Assembly: GCA_963728565.1 (NCBI GenBank)
Contig: CAVSLC010000006.1
Span: forward strand, 1 to 64,000
Origin: an uncultured delta proteobacterium
GTDB taxonomy: Bacteria > Desulfobacterota > Binatia > UBA9968
Reading direction: 5' to 3'
DNA: 64,000 bases
A program made the position numbers and the translations under genes. This document shows, one piece after another, positions 9,455-19,936 of this stretch. The stretch's first letter is position 1, and every line of letters begins with the position of its first letter. The notes under the pieces are model-generated. The model had not been told where the DNA came from and made no database searches. It saw only the letters and a list, made by a program, of their open reading frames with translations.

Positions 9455-10894
9455 ATGGATCGCAATCTTATTTTTATAGCGGGGGCAACCGGATACATCG
9501 GTGGACGCCTGCTGAGGGTTCTGGAAGCAAAAGGCTACCGAGTCCGCTGCCTCGCGCGTCGTCCTGAGTATCTCCGGCCCCGTATCGGCGAGGCCACCGA
9601 AGTTGTTGCCGGGGATGTCTTTGCCCCTGACACTCTCGATGCCGCTTTGAGCGGCGTGGATCAGGCCTACTATCTCGTTCATTCCATGGGGAGCGCCGAG
9701 TCTTTCGAGAAACAGGACCGGATCGCCGCGCGCAACTTTGCCACTTCCGCGCGGCGCGCTGGAGTACGTCGAATCATATACCTCGGTGGTTTGGGAAGCG
9801 GCGATGCGCTTTCCTCTCATTTGCGTAGCCGTCAAGAAGTCGGCAACATCTTGCGCGACTCCGGAGTACCGGTCATCGAATTGCGCGCCTCTATTGTTAT
9901 CGGCTCAGGTAGCCTTTCCTTTGAGATGATTCGCGCCCTGGTCGAACGTCTGCCGGTCATGATTACGCCGCGATGGGTGTCGGTCACCGCGCAACCCATC
10001 GCGGTGCGCGACGTGCTGGACTATCTGGCCGGCGCTCTGGAATTGACCACCGCCGAAAGCCGGATCTTCGAAATCGGCGGAACCGATCAAGTATCCTACA
10101 AGGACATCATGGAGGAGTATGCCCGGCAACGCGGTTTGCGGCGCATTATGATTTCGGTTCCTGTAATCACTCCCAGGCTATCAAGTCTGTGGCTGGCGCT
10201 GATCACGCCGGTTTATGCGCGAACTGGACGAAAGCTCGTCGACAGCATTCGCAATCCGACGATTGTCCGCGATTCAGCAGCGCTCGCCGCTTTTGACATC
10301 CGGCCGCTCGGTGTCGCGGCAGCGATTGCGGCGGCGTTGCGCAACGAAGACCTGGAATTCGCCGCGACCCGCTGGTCCGATTCGCTCTCCGCTGCGGGGG
10401 CGCAACCTACCTGGGCCGGCGTGCGATTTGGCAATAGACTCGTCGATTCGCGGGTTGCCGATGTCAAGGTTCCTAGCGAACGCGTATTCGCCGTGATTTG
10501 TCGACTCGGTGGAGCGACAGGTTGGTATTATGCAAATTGGCTCTGGCAGTTACGCGGCTGGTTCGACTTGCTGGTCGGCGGCGTGGGCCTGCGCCGCGGC
10601 CGTCGCCACCCGGAAGAGTTGCGGGTCGGCGATGCTCTGGATTTTTGGCGGGTGGAAGCAGTAGATGTCAATCGCCGTTTGCGCTTGCTTGCGGAAATGA
10701 AGTTGCCGGGCCGCGCCTGGCTTGAATATCTACTGGAACCGCATGGCAGCGGAACTCGTATAACCCAGAATGCGATTTTCGATCCCGTGGGCTTGGCAGG
10801 GCTTGCATATTGGTATGCTGTCTATCCTCTGCATCGAATCCTCTTCGGCGGCATGTTGCGTGCCATTGGCCGTAAGGCCGAACAGAGCTTATAG
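9455..10894 (+). CDS. NAD(P)-dependent SDR/epimerase with DUF2867 (YbjT-like)
   Basis: GATGYIG; YYLVHSM; C-terminal GDALDFWRVE...AEMKLPGRAWLEY. Confidence 0.9.
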   Translation: MDRNLIFIAGATGYIGGRLLRVLEAKGYRVRCLARRPEYLRPRIGEATEVVAGDVFAPDTLDAALSGVDQAYYLVHSMGSAESFEKQDRIAARNFATSARRAGVRRIIYLGGLGSGDALSSHLRSRQEVGNILRDSGVPVIELRASIVIGSGSLSFEMIRALVERLPVMITPRWVSVTAQPIAVRDVLDYLAGALELTTAESRIFEIGGTDQVSYKDIMEEYARQRGLRRIMISVPVITPRLSSLWLALITPVYARTGRKLVDSIRNPTIVRDSAALAAFDIRPLGVAAAIAAALRNEDLEFAATRWSDSLSAAGAQPTWAGVRFGNRLVDSRVADVKVPSERVFAVICRLGGATGWYYANWLWQLRGWFDLLVGGVGLRRGRRHPEELRVGDALDFWRVEAVDVNRRLRLLAEMKLPGRAWLEYLLEPHGSGTRITQNAIFDPVGLAGLAYWYAVYPLHRILFGGMLRAIGRKAEQSL

Positions 10895-11017
10895 CGGACG
10901 CGCACACTGTTCTCCGGCCGCCGCGAAAAACGTTGTAAGTGAAAACCGCTCGCGCCTGTCGATGACGCACATGAAAGCTCAGCTCACGCAGTTCGCTCCA
11001 AGTTCTGATCAACTCTC

Positions 11018-11895
11018 ATGAAGGACCGCTCGGAAGTTGTTCTAAGAGTTACACCTGATTCTAGAGTGGCCGACGAGTGGGCGCTCGTTCTTATAACTCA
11101 AGGTTTATCGCCCAGCTTACATCATGATGAGGAGGGTGTGGTTCTCAGCGTTCCTGCGGCTGAGGTGGAAATGGCGCTTGCCGGCCTGGCAGCCTACGAA
11201 AAGGAGAATACCGCTCCTGTTGAAAACCAGAATCGTGCGGATGATTTCGCAAGTTTGATCGCAGGGATCGTCGTTGCGGGTGTGCTGATCTTAAGTCATG
11301 CCGTTGCCGTTAGGATGGAAAGAGGCAGCCCCTTGGTTCGATCGAGGCAGCGCCGAAGCGAGCCGAATACTTGACGGCGAGCTATGGCGCACAGTCACGG
11401 CTCTCACCCTGCATGCCGATCTTGTCCATTTGTTTAGCAACGCCGTGGCCGCAGCCATTTTCGTCACGGCGCTTTCCAGCATCGTAGGCGCCGGGCTTGC
11501 CTTCGCTCTGGTCGTGCTTGCCGGCGCTTGCGGGAATCTAGCCAACGCCTTGATGCAAGGCTCTTCCCATATCTCGGTGGGAGCCTCCACTGCAATCTTT
11601 GGCGCAGTCGGGGTGCTCGGGACTGTTGGCTTGGTTCGGAGGCGGCGAGAACCGAACCCGAAGACGTGGCGCCTGGATTCCAATGGCGGCTGCGCTTGGC
11701 TTACTTGCGATGCTTGGCACCGGTACCGGCCGCACGGATCTTCTGGCGCACCTGTTCGGCTTTCTCTGCGGCGCTTTATTGGGAGTTCCGGTCGGGTTGT
11801 TCGTTCCCGCTATGCCGGGACAAGTAATGCAATGGGTCTGCGGTAGCGCCGCAGTTCTGGTGCTGATCTACTGCTGGACTTTAGCTCTGGGTTGA
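11018..11895 (+). CDS. Rhomboid-family intramembrane serine protease (two frameshifts, near 11310 and 11660)
   Basis: GELWR..TALTLHAD..HLFSN, catalytic GASTA, AHLFGF distributed over three overlapping ORFs. Confidence 0.85.
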
Positions 11896-12001
11896 GAACC
11901 TCGAATCGGATCGGCCGAAGGTTTCAGTTTATGGCTCGCGATCCCCCCGTAGTGTTTTGTCCTCGTGACGCTGTGCTGCATCCGTATTCTCGCCAAAGGA
12001 A

Positions 12002-13234
12002 TTACCCGCTTGCCGGATGGCAGGGAAGCTGAGTGGCAAAAACCGCTACTGCAAGAAGACAGACGGTGCCGGCGATCATCATCGTGCCGGGCGTTCCGAT
12101 CCATGCAGCGATCGCGCCGAATAGCAGGCCGCCTAATGATTCGATGCCACGGCGCGCCATGACGAACAGGCTCAACACCCGGCCGCGTTTCTGATCCTCG
12201 ACGATAGTCTGCACGATAGTGTTGCTCGAGGCCATCTGCATCATCAGCGAGAAACCTAGCACGAGCGCGATAATCAAAGAGATCGGCAGCGCATTGGACA
12301 GCGCTAGCGCAAAATATCCGATGCCATAGAGGACTGCGGCTATCACGATCATCTCTCCGAGGCCTTTGAGATTGTTGCGCGAAGCGAGAAATACCGCGCC
12401 GGCAAGCGCGCCGACGCCGGTGGCCGACATGAGATAACCGAAAACACGTGGGCCGCCCTGCAGAATGTCTTCCGCATACACGGGCATAAGCAGCGGGTAG
12501 GATGCGGCGACGAAACTCACCACCGCGACGAACATTAGAATCGATCGAATCGGTACTGATGCAAACGTGTAAGTTGCGCCTTCGATGATGGCCGCCTTAA
12601 AACCAAGCGCGCTCGAAGAAAACTTCTTTTTGGGAATCTTCATCATCATCAGCGCGCCTACAACTGTAAGGTAACTCACGCTGTTGATCGCAAAGCAGAG
12701 CCCTTCTCCCACGGCCGCGATCAGAATGCCGGCCACTGCGGGACCGATTAGAAGCGCGCCGTTGAAGATGAAAGAGTTTAGAGCAATGGCGTTTGGCAAG
12801 TCATCCTTATTCTCGATCATATCAACGATGAAGGCTTGGCGCGCGGTAATATCAAAGGCGCTGATGATACCAAGGATCCCGCCCAGGACGACGACATGCC
12901 AGACTGCGACAGATTCAGTGATGACGAGGAGGGCCAGTACCGCAGCCTGGATCGCGGCCAGCAGTTGGGTGACGAAAAGTATTTGATGGCGTTTGAGCCG
13001 GTCCGCCAAAACACCCGCAAACGGTACCAGAAAAAATAGCGGGATGTCGCTGACAAATGCCACGACACCCAACATCAACTCCGACTTGGTGAGCCGATAG
13101 ACCAGCCAGCGCATGGCGATCTGTTGCATCCAGGTACCGATAAGCGACGCCGCCTGGCCAAAGAAGAACAGTCGAAAATTTCGCGAGCTCAGCGCGCGAA
13201 CGAGGAACTTTAGATTGTTTATCCGGATGCGCAT
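12002..13234 (-). CDS. MFS transporter (MFS_3 type); C-terminus uncertain
   Basis: RNFRLFFFGQ..SLIGTWMQ, AGVLADR, many TM helices. Confidence 0.9.
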   Translation of the reverse strand: MRIRINNLKFLVRALSSRNFRLFFFGQAASLIGTWMQQIAMRWLVYRLTKSELMLGVVAFVSDIPLFFLVPFAGVLADRLKRHQILFVTQLLAAIQAAVLALLVITESVAVWHVVVLGGILGIISAFDITARQAFIVDMIENKDDLPNAIALNSFIFNGALLIGPAVAGILIAAVGEGLCFAINSVSYLTVVGALMMMKIPKKKFSSSALGFKAAIIEGATYTFASVPIRSILMFVAVVSFVAASYPLLMPVYAEDILQGGPRVFGYLMSATGVGALAGAVFLASRNNLKGLGEMIVIAAVLYGIGYFALALSNALPISLIIALVLGFSLMMQMASSNTIVQTIVEDQKRGRVLSLFVMARRGIESLGGLLFGAIAAWIGTPGTMMIAGTVCLLAVAVFATQLPCHPASG

Positions 13235-13344
13235 CAGTTCTAGTACTGGCAGGCTTCAGACGGACCAGCTCATCAACGTTTGCTCAGCGCAACGATGTGC
13301 CGAAGCTGCGCCCAGTTCTCTTCATCTTAGGTCCTGAGCGAAGA

Positions 13345-13459
13345 TGTCCCTGACGCGAGACTTTTGTTGCAAACACGACACATCACTAGTTGCTGTGGCA
13401 AAAAACCTCGAATAAACCTCGCCATTTTATTTCCGAATCGCGCTTGGCACCTGCCGTGC
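13345..13459 (+). promoter_or_regulatory. sigma54 promoter with tandem TGT-N10-A(C/G)A upstream sites
   Basis: TGGCAC-N5-GTGC at 13445-13459; TGT-N10-AGA at 13345-13360 and TGT-N10-ACA at 13365-13380. Confidence 0.6.
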
Positions 13460-13493
13460 ACCTTGCAGAACACACTACATAATTGGAGGACAT

Positions 13494-13757
13494 ATGAACA
13501 AACATCGGCTCAATCCGGAGCAATTCAAATGTGACTGGCCTGAATTCAGAAGCGAACTGCAGAAAAACTGGAAAGACTTCTCCGACGAGGATCTGACGGA
13601 AATCGAAGGAGATTACGAGAAGTTCGTTTCGATGGTGCAGAAAAGGTGCCGCGACAAGGAAGAAGACGTTGTGCGCTGGGCCACCGACTGGTACTCCCGA
13701 CGTGAACAGCACGAGGCGGCGGCCAGACAATCCACGATATCACGAAATCAAATGTAG
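13494..13757 (+). CDS. CsbD/YjbJ-like small stress protein
   Basis: W.EF...LQKNW..FSDEDL.EIEG..EKF...QKR pattern; GGAGGA RBS. Confidence 0.75.
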   Translation: MNKHRLNPEQFKCDWPEFRSELQKNWKDFSDEDLTEIEGDYEKFVSMVQKRCRDKEEDVVRWATDWYSRREQHEAAARQSTISRNQM

Positions 13758-13989
13758 CATCATTCAGCGTGGATGAGCTAATCGCGTTTCGATGGATTGC
13801 ACATGAGTTGTATCGCGACCGGTGTCTGCAGGCGCCGGTCGCATTTACCTGTCCGGTCCCTGCAGCTTTCCATCTGATCGTGTCAGCACAACGAGCTTTA
13901 TCTCAATTTTGAGGCGTTGTTTAAACCGAATCAGTACCGGCGCGGCTCTACTTCATAGACTCGGCAATTCCTTAATCAATCAGGTCCGT

Positions 13990-14985
13990 TTACAACTTCA
14001 GCAAGCGCTTGGCGTTGCCCTCGAGCATCAGTAGCTTGTCGGCTTCGGAGACGTCCAATTCCTCAACCTTCTTCGCCGCGTCCCAATCGCCCAGATCATA
14101 GGGATAGTCCGTGCCCACCATGATGTGGTCCACGCCAGCCAGACCGATCAAATACTTGATGGTATCGAGCCGATAAATCATGTCGTCGTAGTAGATATTC
14201 TTCAGATAGCCGCTGGGCGGCATCTTGGCTTTGGCGGCGCGGGCGCCGGCGCGAACTTCCCAGCCCCGGTCGAAGCGCCCGAGATGGTACGGGAAGAATC
14301 CGCCGCCGTGGAGAATGCAAAGCTTTAGATCGGGAAATCGGTCGAATACGCCGCTATAGGTGAGAAAGCCAAAGCAGAGCGCGCTATCGGCGGGATTGCC
14401 GCAAATCAATTTCAAGCCGTAAGGATTCATCTTGTCGGCGCCGGCGACATCCTCCGGATGCATCACGATCATGACGTCGAGCTCTTGCGCTTTGGCCCAG
14501 AACGGATCGAAATCCGGAGTGCCGTAATAGTTGCCATTGACGTTGGTGCCGATGTAACCGCCCTTGAACTTCAAATCGCGCACGGCGTGCTCCAGGACTT
14601 TGGCGGCGCGGGTCGGGTCCTGGAGCGGCACCGAGGCCATACCGACAAACCGACCCGGGTGGCTGTCGATCAAACCCTTGATTCCCTCATTGTAAACGGT
14701 GCACCAGTTTTCGCCTTGCTCACCGGTGAGGCGATAACCCAATGTTGCTGTGTGAGCTTCCAGCGCAGCCATGGCGAGCTTCGAATCCTCCATCATCTTT
14801 AGCCGTTCGTCGATCGCCGGGAGTTCGGGGTGGAGCACGAAAGGTGGTCCGCCGGCAAACGACAGCGACTGCTGTCCCTCTTTTTCCGTTAGTTCCACGC
14901 CGAGATGCTTGCCGCGCTTTCTGGCTTCTTCCAATAGGCTTTTGGGCACGTAATGATGATGGATATCGATAGCGCAGGTTTTCAT
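13990..14985 (-). CDS. Amidohydrolase_2 family (ACMSD-like decarboxylase/hydratase)
   Basis: DIHHH, MHP, HGGGFFPY, GTDYPYD. Confidence 0.9.
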   Translation of the reverse strand: MKTCAIDIHHHYVPKSLLEEARKRGKHLGVELTEKEGQQSLSFAGGPPFVLHPELPAIDERLKMMEDSKLAMAALEAHTATLGYRLTGEQGENWCTVYNEGIKGLIDSHPGRFVGMASVPLQDPTRAAKVLEHAVRDLKFKGGYIGTNVNGNYYGTPDFDPFWAKAQELDVMIVMHPEDVAGADKMNPYGLKLICGNPADSALCFGFLTYSGVFDRFPDLKLCILHGGGFFPYHLGRFDRGWEVRAGARAAKAKMPPSGYLKNIYYDDMIYRLDTIKYLIGLAGVDHIMVGTDYPYDLGDWDAAKKVEELDVSEADKLLMLEGNAKRLLKL

Positions 14986-15021
14986 TTTGGTTCAATCCTT
15001 GTGAAGCTATGGTCTAATGGA

Positions 15022-15053
15022 ATGTGGCGTTGGCCGCTAAGCCAACGCCACAT
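15022..15053. repeat. Perfect 13-bp-stem intergenic hairpin
   Basis: ATGTGGCGTTGGC-cgctaa-GCCAACGCCACAT. Confidence 0.8.
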
Positions 15054-15081
15054 AGTCAGAAACCGTAAGGGGAGAGTCTAG

Positions 15082-16746
15082 TTAGTTGATGCAAAGCTGC
15101 TGGCGCCGGACCTTACCAGGGAAGACATCGTTGCAGTGACCTTCTTCCACCACCGTCGCGCCGTTGACGATGACCGCCTTCATTCCCGGCGGGTGTCTCT
15201 TCACTTCCTCGGCATCGATGACGTCGGGCAACTGCTTGCTGACCAAGTCGTCGATTTTATCCGGATCGAAAACAGTCAAATCCGCGGGCATTCCTTCTTT
15301 GACCAAACCACGGTTGAGCCGAAGTTTCTTCGCCGGAAAACCGGTGAGCTTGTGGACCGCTTCTTCGAGGCTAAACAGGTTTTTCTCGCGGCGCCAGAAG
15401 CCGAGAACTTTTGTCGGCGCGCCGTGCCAGAAAAATCGATCGAGATGCGCTCCCACATCGGTTCCGATCAGGCTGGTGTCGGATTTGATCATTTCCGCCA
15501 GCAACTCGGGGTGAGCGTTGGCAAGGCCATGATAAAGGATTTGCGAGTCCAGATTGTCTTCGAGCCAGGTATCGAAGAACGCGTCCACCGGCGCTTTCTC
15601 GGTCAAGCGGGCGATCTCTGCGACGTTCTTACCTTCGATTTTTTTAAGCTCCGGTTTTTTCACGTGCTCGAAAACCACCCGATCCCAACCATGCCATTCG
15701 GGAAACTCGAGTTTGCCCTCGCAAGCGATCCGCTCCTTTTCGATTTTGCGTCTGATTTCTTTGTCGGCCAGCTTACTCCTAAAATCGCTCGAATTCTTGA
15801 TCGCTTCCCACGTCGGCAGACCGTTGAAAAGGAAGCAGTCGTCGACGTTGAATCGGCGAATATGCTGATAGGGGATGACCACGCCGTAAATGTCTTGGCC
15901 GCGTTTCTGAGCTTCTTCCATGTATTTGATGGACTGCATGCCCGCGGCTTTTGCGCCCGGCCGCACACGGAATTCGTTGCCGATTTGCAGGGTTTTTATT
16001 TTCGTCAGCATTTCCGGAACGCCGGATTCCGGTTGCAGGACCATCTGGAAGCCGTTGAACTGGAAGCAGCCGTTGTATTCGGCGGCAACGTTGGCCAACT
16101 CGATGATCTCTTGATGGGTCGCGAATGTGCTTGGCGTGCCGGCGTGAATCGCGGGACCGCCGCGCGGGCTGGTGGAGAAGCCGATGGCGCCGAGCTCCAT
16201 GCCTTCGCGCACCATTTTCTTCATTGCGTCCAATTCTTCAGGAGTGGATTCGCGCGCGTAGGCCGCTTCTCCCATGACCGTCAAACGAACCGGAGAGTGG
16301 GGCATCAGTGGCAGCACATTGATCGCGATTTTGCCCTCGAGATAGTTCAAGTACTCGGCGAAGGTGTTCCACTTCCAGTCCTTATCATCGACATACTTGT
16401 CCAACACTCGACGTAGATATTGCACTAAAACCTTGCGCGGTTCCGGTTTCGGCGGTACCGGCGCGCACGAGGCGCCGCAATCGCCGATAACGATGCTGGT
16501 AACACCATAATTAACCACCGGATTGCCGTTAGGATATTGAACGATAAAAGCATCCATATGGGTATGAGAGTCGATGAATCCCGGCGCCACCACCTGTCCC
16601 TTGGCGTCAATCTCCTTTTTTCCCGAGCCTAGATTTTTGCCGATAGCGGCAATTTTGTCGCCGTCGATGGCCACGTCTGCCTGGTAGGCCGGGCTTCCAC
16701 TGCCGTCGACTACCGTGCCGTTTTTGATCAGTAAGTCATGCGTCAT
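15082..16746 (-). CDS. N-acyl-D-amino-acid deacylase family amidohydrolase
   Basis: DLLIKNGTVVDGSG, PGFIDSHTH, GTDVGAH, ADLTVFDP. Confidence 0.9.
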   Translation of the reverse strand: MTHDLLIKNGTVVDGSGSPAYQADVAIDGDKIAAIGKNLGSGKKEIDAKGQVVAPGFIDSHTHMDAFIVQYPNGNPVVNYGVTSIVIGDCGASCAPVPPKPEPRKVLVQYLRRVLDKYVDDKDWKWNTFAEYLNYLEGKIAINVLPLMPHSPVRLTVMGEAAYARESTPEELDAMKKMVREGMELGAIGFSTSPRGGPAIHAGTPSTFATHQEIIELANVAAEYNGCFQFNGFQMVLQPESGVPEMLTKIKTLQIGNEFRVRPGAKAAGMQSIKYMEEAQKRGQDIYGVVIPYQHIRRFNVDDCFLFNGLPTWEAIKNSSDFRSKLADKEIRRKIEKERIACEGKLEFPEWHGWDRVVFEHVKKPELKKIEGKNVAEIARLTEKAPVDAFFDTWLEDNLDSQILYHGLANAHPELLAEMIKSDTSLIGTDVGAHLDRFFWHGAPTKVLGFWRREKNLFSLEEAVHKLTGFPAKKLRLNRGLVKEGMPADLTVFDPDKIDDLVSKQLPDVIDAEEVKRHPPGMKAVIVNGATVVEEGHCNDVFPGKVRRQQLCIN

Positions 16747-16945
16747 TTGCGTGTCGCCTCCTTTGTGAACTTATTTCGCTTATCCCACTGAAGGTCCCAG
16801 GCTGTCAACCACCCGGAATGAGCTTCGAAGTCATGCCGCGTCACGATGCGTCTCCATCTCCGTCACTCGCTGTGAGCAGCCGTTCGCGTTGTTTTAGTAG
16901 TTCCAAGAGTTCCAGTGTTCCGAGAGAGACTGGAGAGGACTTTTT

Positions 16946-17476
16946 ATGCTAGAGTCAGTCATGGAAAAAATCGACGAGGCAAAGCGAAAAGTGAGCGCCT
17001 GGGTGGAAAAGCACAAGCAGGCAGCGCTGTTGGACGAGGAGAGTTCGACGCTCTTGGACGTCGCATCGGGACGAAAGACAGTTATTCCATGGCGTGACCT
17101 GGCGGCCTTCGAAGAAAAAATTCATCCCGAGACGCAAGGCAGCTATCTGGTTCTGCTCTTCGAAGACGGCAAACAAATCGCGCTGGTGGATCCGGGAGGT
17201 GTCGCATTTGCTCCATCGTTGGAGAACACCGGGCCGTTACGGGATGCGCCGCCGGTAGTTTGTCTCAAAGACTTTCATACGCTCAAACCGCGCATCGATC
17301 ATTACCTCTATGATCATCCCGACGAACCTCCGCCGAAGGAAACTCTCGACCTGGTAATGCTGTGCATCGCCATTCTCGATGGCGCGCGCGCCGTGGGATT
17401 CGATATCGCCGATCTTGAGGGGGAACTAGAGAAGTCTCTGAGCGACATCGAGCGCAGGACCGGTTCAACGAATTGA
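16946..17476 (+). CDS. Hypothetical protein
   Basis: 176-aa ORF with RBS (GAGGA), co-oriented with the downstream gene. Confidence 0.7.
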   Translation: MLESVMEKIDEAKRKVSAWVEKHKQAALLDEESSTLLDVASGRKTVIPWRDLAAFEEKIHPETQGSYLVLLFEDGKQIALVDPGGVAFAPSLENTGPLRDAPPVVCLKDFHTLKPRIDHYLYDHPDEPPPKETLDLVMLCIAILDGARAVGFDIADLEGELEKSLSDIERRTGSTN

Positions 17477-17532
17477 GATCGACTCCGGGATCGTGCGAGA
17501 TCTTCCGCTCCACTTCCAGGTAAAAAATCCAT

Positions 17533-18762
17533 ATGGGAATTGTTAACAACCTGCATTGTCCGAAGTGTGCGCACCGGGCAACTTCTAGAATCGAGTTTCA
17601 ATGCCCGCTATGCCGCTCCATTCTTGAAGTCGAGGTCGAGATCGGTCATTTGACTCGCGCCGATTTTCAGGCCATGCGCCAGAGTCGCGACCGAAGTATC
17701 TGGCGCTGGTTCGACTTCTTTCCAGTCGAAGATCGATCTTGCATCGTTTCGCTGGGCGAGGGAAGCACACCGCTAATTAACGCGCGGGGTCTCGGCGAGC
17801 GCGTCGAGCTGACAAATCTGTATTTAAAGAATGACACCGTTCTTCCGACCGGATCGCTGAAAGACCGCAGCAACAGCGTCGGAATTTCCAAAGCGAAGGA
17901 ACTGGGCTTTACAACCACGACGGTGATGTCGACCGGTAACGCGGCCGCTTCGGTCGCGGCGTATTCGGCGGCGGCAGGAATGAAAAGCGTGGTCATGGTT
18001 CCGGCAGGCACCGCGCCTTCCAAGATCATTCAGGCGCGCGCCTATGGAGCGTCGGTGGTCGTCATCGATGGGAATTTCGATCAGGAGGTCGCGCAGATTT
18101 ATAAGGCGGCGGTGAGAGAGTTCGGTTGGTACGATTGTCTATCGTCGAATCCTTACCGCGAAGGCAAAAAGTCGTATGCGTATGAGCTGGTGGATCAGTT
18201 CGACGAGCAGATTCCCGATTGGCTGATACATCCCACGGCCGGTGGTACCGGCATCTACGCCGCATGGAAAGGATTCAACGAATTGCTTTCTTTGAATCTG
18301 ATCGATCGCGCCCCCAGACTCGTGGTTGCCCAGAGCGCGGCAGCGGCGCCGATAGTCGACGCCTTCGAAAACGACCTGGCCGAGATTGTTCCGGTAATCG
18401 CGCGGCAGACGGTCGCGGAAAGCATCCAGGTTGGCAACCCAGCTTCGTTAGGGTGGCGCGCCCTGGCGGCCGTGCGCGAATCCAGGGGCAGCGCAGTGGC
18501 GGTGAGTGACCGAGAAACGCTCGAAGCGCAATATCTGATCGGTTCAAAAGCAGGAATCTTTGCCGAGCCCGCGGCGGCAATTTCCGTGGCCGCGGCTATC
18601 AAGCTGCGAAAATCAGGCGTGATCGGTAAGGACGATGTGGTCGTGTGCAATCTCACCGGTCACGGTTTGAAACAGCCGGAAGCGATTCGCATCGCCGAGA
18701 GCGGAGCTTCAACCGATCGCGCCGACCCTGGACGCGTTGCGCGAATACTTGAAAAAATCTAA
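17533..18762 (+). CDS. thrC: Threonine synthase-like PLP enzyme (probable frameshift near 18700)
   Basis: SLGEGSTPL, PTGSLKDR (PLP Lys), STGNAA, EPAAA, TGHGLK; alternative frame gives ELQPIAPTLDALREYLKK. Confidence 0.85.
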   Translation: MGIVNNLHCPKCAHRATSRIEFQCPLCRSILEVEVEIGHLTRADFQAMRQSRDRSIWRWFDFFPVEDRSCIVSLGEGSTPLINARGLGERVELTNLYLKNDTVLPTGSLKDRSNSVGISKAKELGFTTTTVMSTGNAAASVAAYSAAAGMKSVVMVPAGTAPSKIIQARAYGASVVVIDGNFDQEVAQIYKAAVREFGWYDCLSSNPYREGKKSYAYELVDQFDEQIPDWLIHPTAGGTGIYAAWKGFNELLSLNLIDRAPRLVVAQSAAAAPIVDAFENDLAEIVPVIARQTVAESIQVGNPASLGWRALAAVRESRGSAVAVSDRETLEAQYLIGSKAGIFAEPAAAISVAAAIKLRKSGVIGKDDVVVCNLTGHGLKQPEAIRIAESGASTDRADPGRVARILEKI

Positions 18763-18919
18763 CAGTTGAAATCGGGTGTGGCTCGATGAACTTCGAAAAA
18801 ATCGCGGCAACTGCGTCCGCGCACATTGTCATTACCAAGGCTGGAGGGAATTGATCGTTACCTCTACCGCTTGGTTAGCTTCCAAGCTGAACAGTTCGAA
18901 GATAACTGGTGCACAGGCT

Positions 18920-19135
18920 TTAAGTATCATTCAGGATCAGGTTTTCGGTTGATAGATTGAAGATATCAGACGAAGAGTACCTTCTGGAGGCGCCTAAGAC
19001 TTCCAGGCCAATCAGCCGTCCCTCACCATCGAAGTCGAGGTTCACGCCGTCAGAAACCTCCTGGGTTCGAGCAACGTCTTTTTCCTGAATTCTGATGTAA
19101 AGCGCGTCGACCTCTTTATCATATTCAATCTTCAT
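18920..19135 (-). CDS. DUF2283 protein (putative antitoxin)
   Basis: MKIEYDKEVDALYI...LDFDGEGRLIGLEVLGAS. Confidence 0.88.
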   Translation of the reverse strand: MKIEYDKEVDALYIRIQEKDVARTQEVSDGVNLDFDGEGRLIGLEVLGASRRYSSSDIFNLSTENLILNDT

Positions 19136-19235
19136 TACGATCCTGCAAGACGTTCTTTCTCGATTACGGTGATCGACGACGACATTCCCCGCTACGTGTT
19201 TACTTTAGCCATCGATCTCTCGCGCCATTATCACG
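19135..19235 (-). pseudogene. Remnant of a DUF4258-like toxin gene
   Basis: Minus strand ends ..ITVIEKERLAGS with TAA overlapping the DUF2283 ATG (TAATG); upstream frame is broken. Confidence 0.45.
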
Positions 19236-19268
19236 ATGCTCAGCCGAAAGCGCTTCTGCACAGTGAAA

Positions 19269-19736
19269 TCATGCTCTCTTTGCGCGCACCACCAGGTCTA
19301 CGTCGCAATCGAGAATTTGTAACAAAGATACCAGCTGATCGACCGATTTTTCGTAGTTGGTTTGATCTAAGAGGCGATAAAATTGGGTGGCCGAGGTACC
19401 GAGCCGGCGAATAATCTCGCGTTTAGCCAAAGGGCTGGCGGCAACGCGCTTTTGGGCTTCAAGCGTCAGTTTGTAGAGCAAAAGATCTCTTAAGTAATTG
19501 GGGTCCTGGTTGTATTCCAGAACTTGATCCACATGGACCGTGCCAGTTTTTCCCGATGCCAGTTCGAACGAGAATCCTTCACGGTCAAGCTCTTTGTCGA
19601 CGAACACCCGTGCAATTGGATCTTTCGGATTAGGCGCTGGCTTCGCTTTGATGTACGGAAAAGAATAACTCTTGGCCGAGACTTTGACCTCGAAACCCTT
19701 CTTTTTATTGTTCACTTTCACCGATTGAATTTTCAT
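19269..19736 (-). CDS. Putative antitoxin with C-terminal HTH
   Basis: AKREIIRRLGTSATQFYRLLD HTH; ATGA-type overlap with the upstream small gene. Confidence 0.7.
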   Translation of the reverse strand: MKIQSVKVNNKKKGFEVKVSAKSYSFPYIKAKPAPNPKDPIARVFVDKELDREGFSFELASGKTGTVHVDQVLEYNQDPNYLRDLLLYKLTLEAQKRVAASPLAKREIIRRLGTSATQFYRLLDQTNYEKSVDQLVSLLQILDCDVDLVVRAKRA

Positions 19737-19927
19737 AGCAGTTCCTCTGCGATAAGCTTCTTGATTAGCTCGATGACTCTCCTGGAGGCATGACCCTTCA
19801 TGGCTTTAGCATTATCGAGATCCCACTTCACCACCAGCTTGCCCTCCCGATAGACATGCACATGTTTTGGCGAATGATCGCCTTTCCACCAAACAAAGAT
19901 GTACCCGCCACGCCGCAGTTTTCCCAT
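19733..19927 (-). CDS. DUF4160-family small toxin-like protein
   Basis: GDHSPKHVHV motif, 64 aa. Confidence 0.8.
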   Translation of the reverse strand: MGKLRRGGYIFVWWKGDHSPKHVHVYREGKLVVKWDLDNAKAMKGHASRRVIELIKKLIAEELL

Positions 19928-19936
19928 TCGCCGTTG

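Noticed and set aside
15136-16416. 426-aa antisense ORF (likewise 36818-37666, 42925-43632, 48341-49087, 50457-51386)
   Set aside because: Shadow frames opposite well-supported genes; no motifs.
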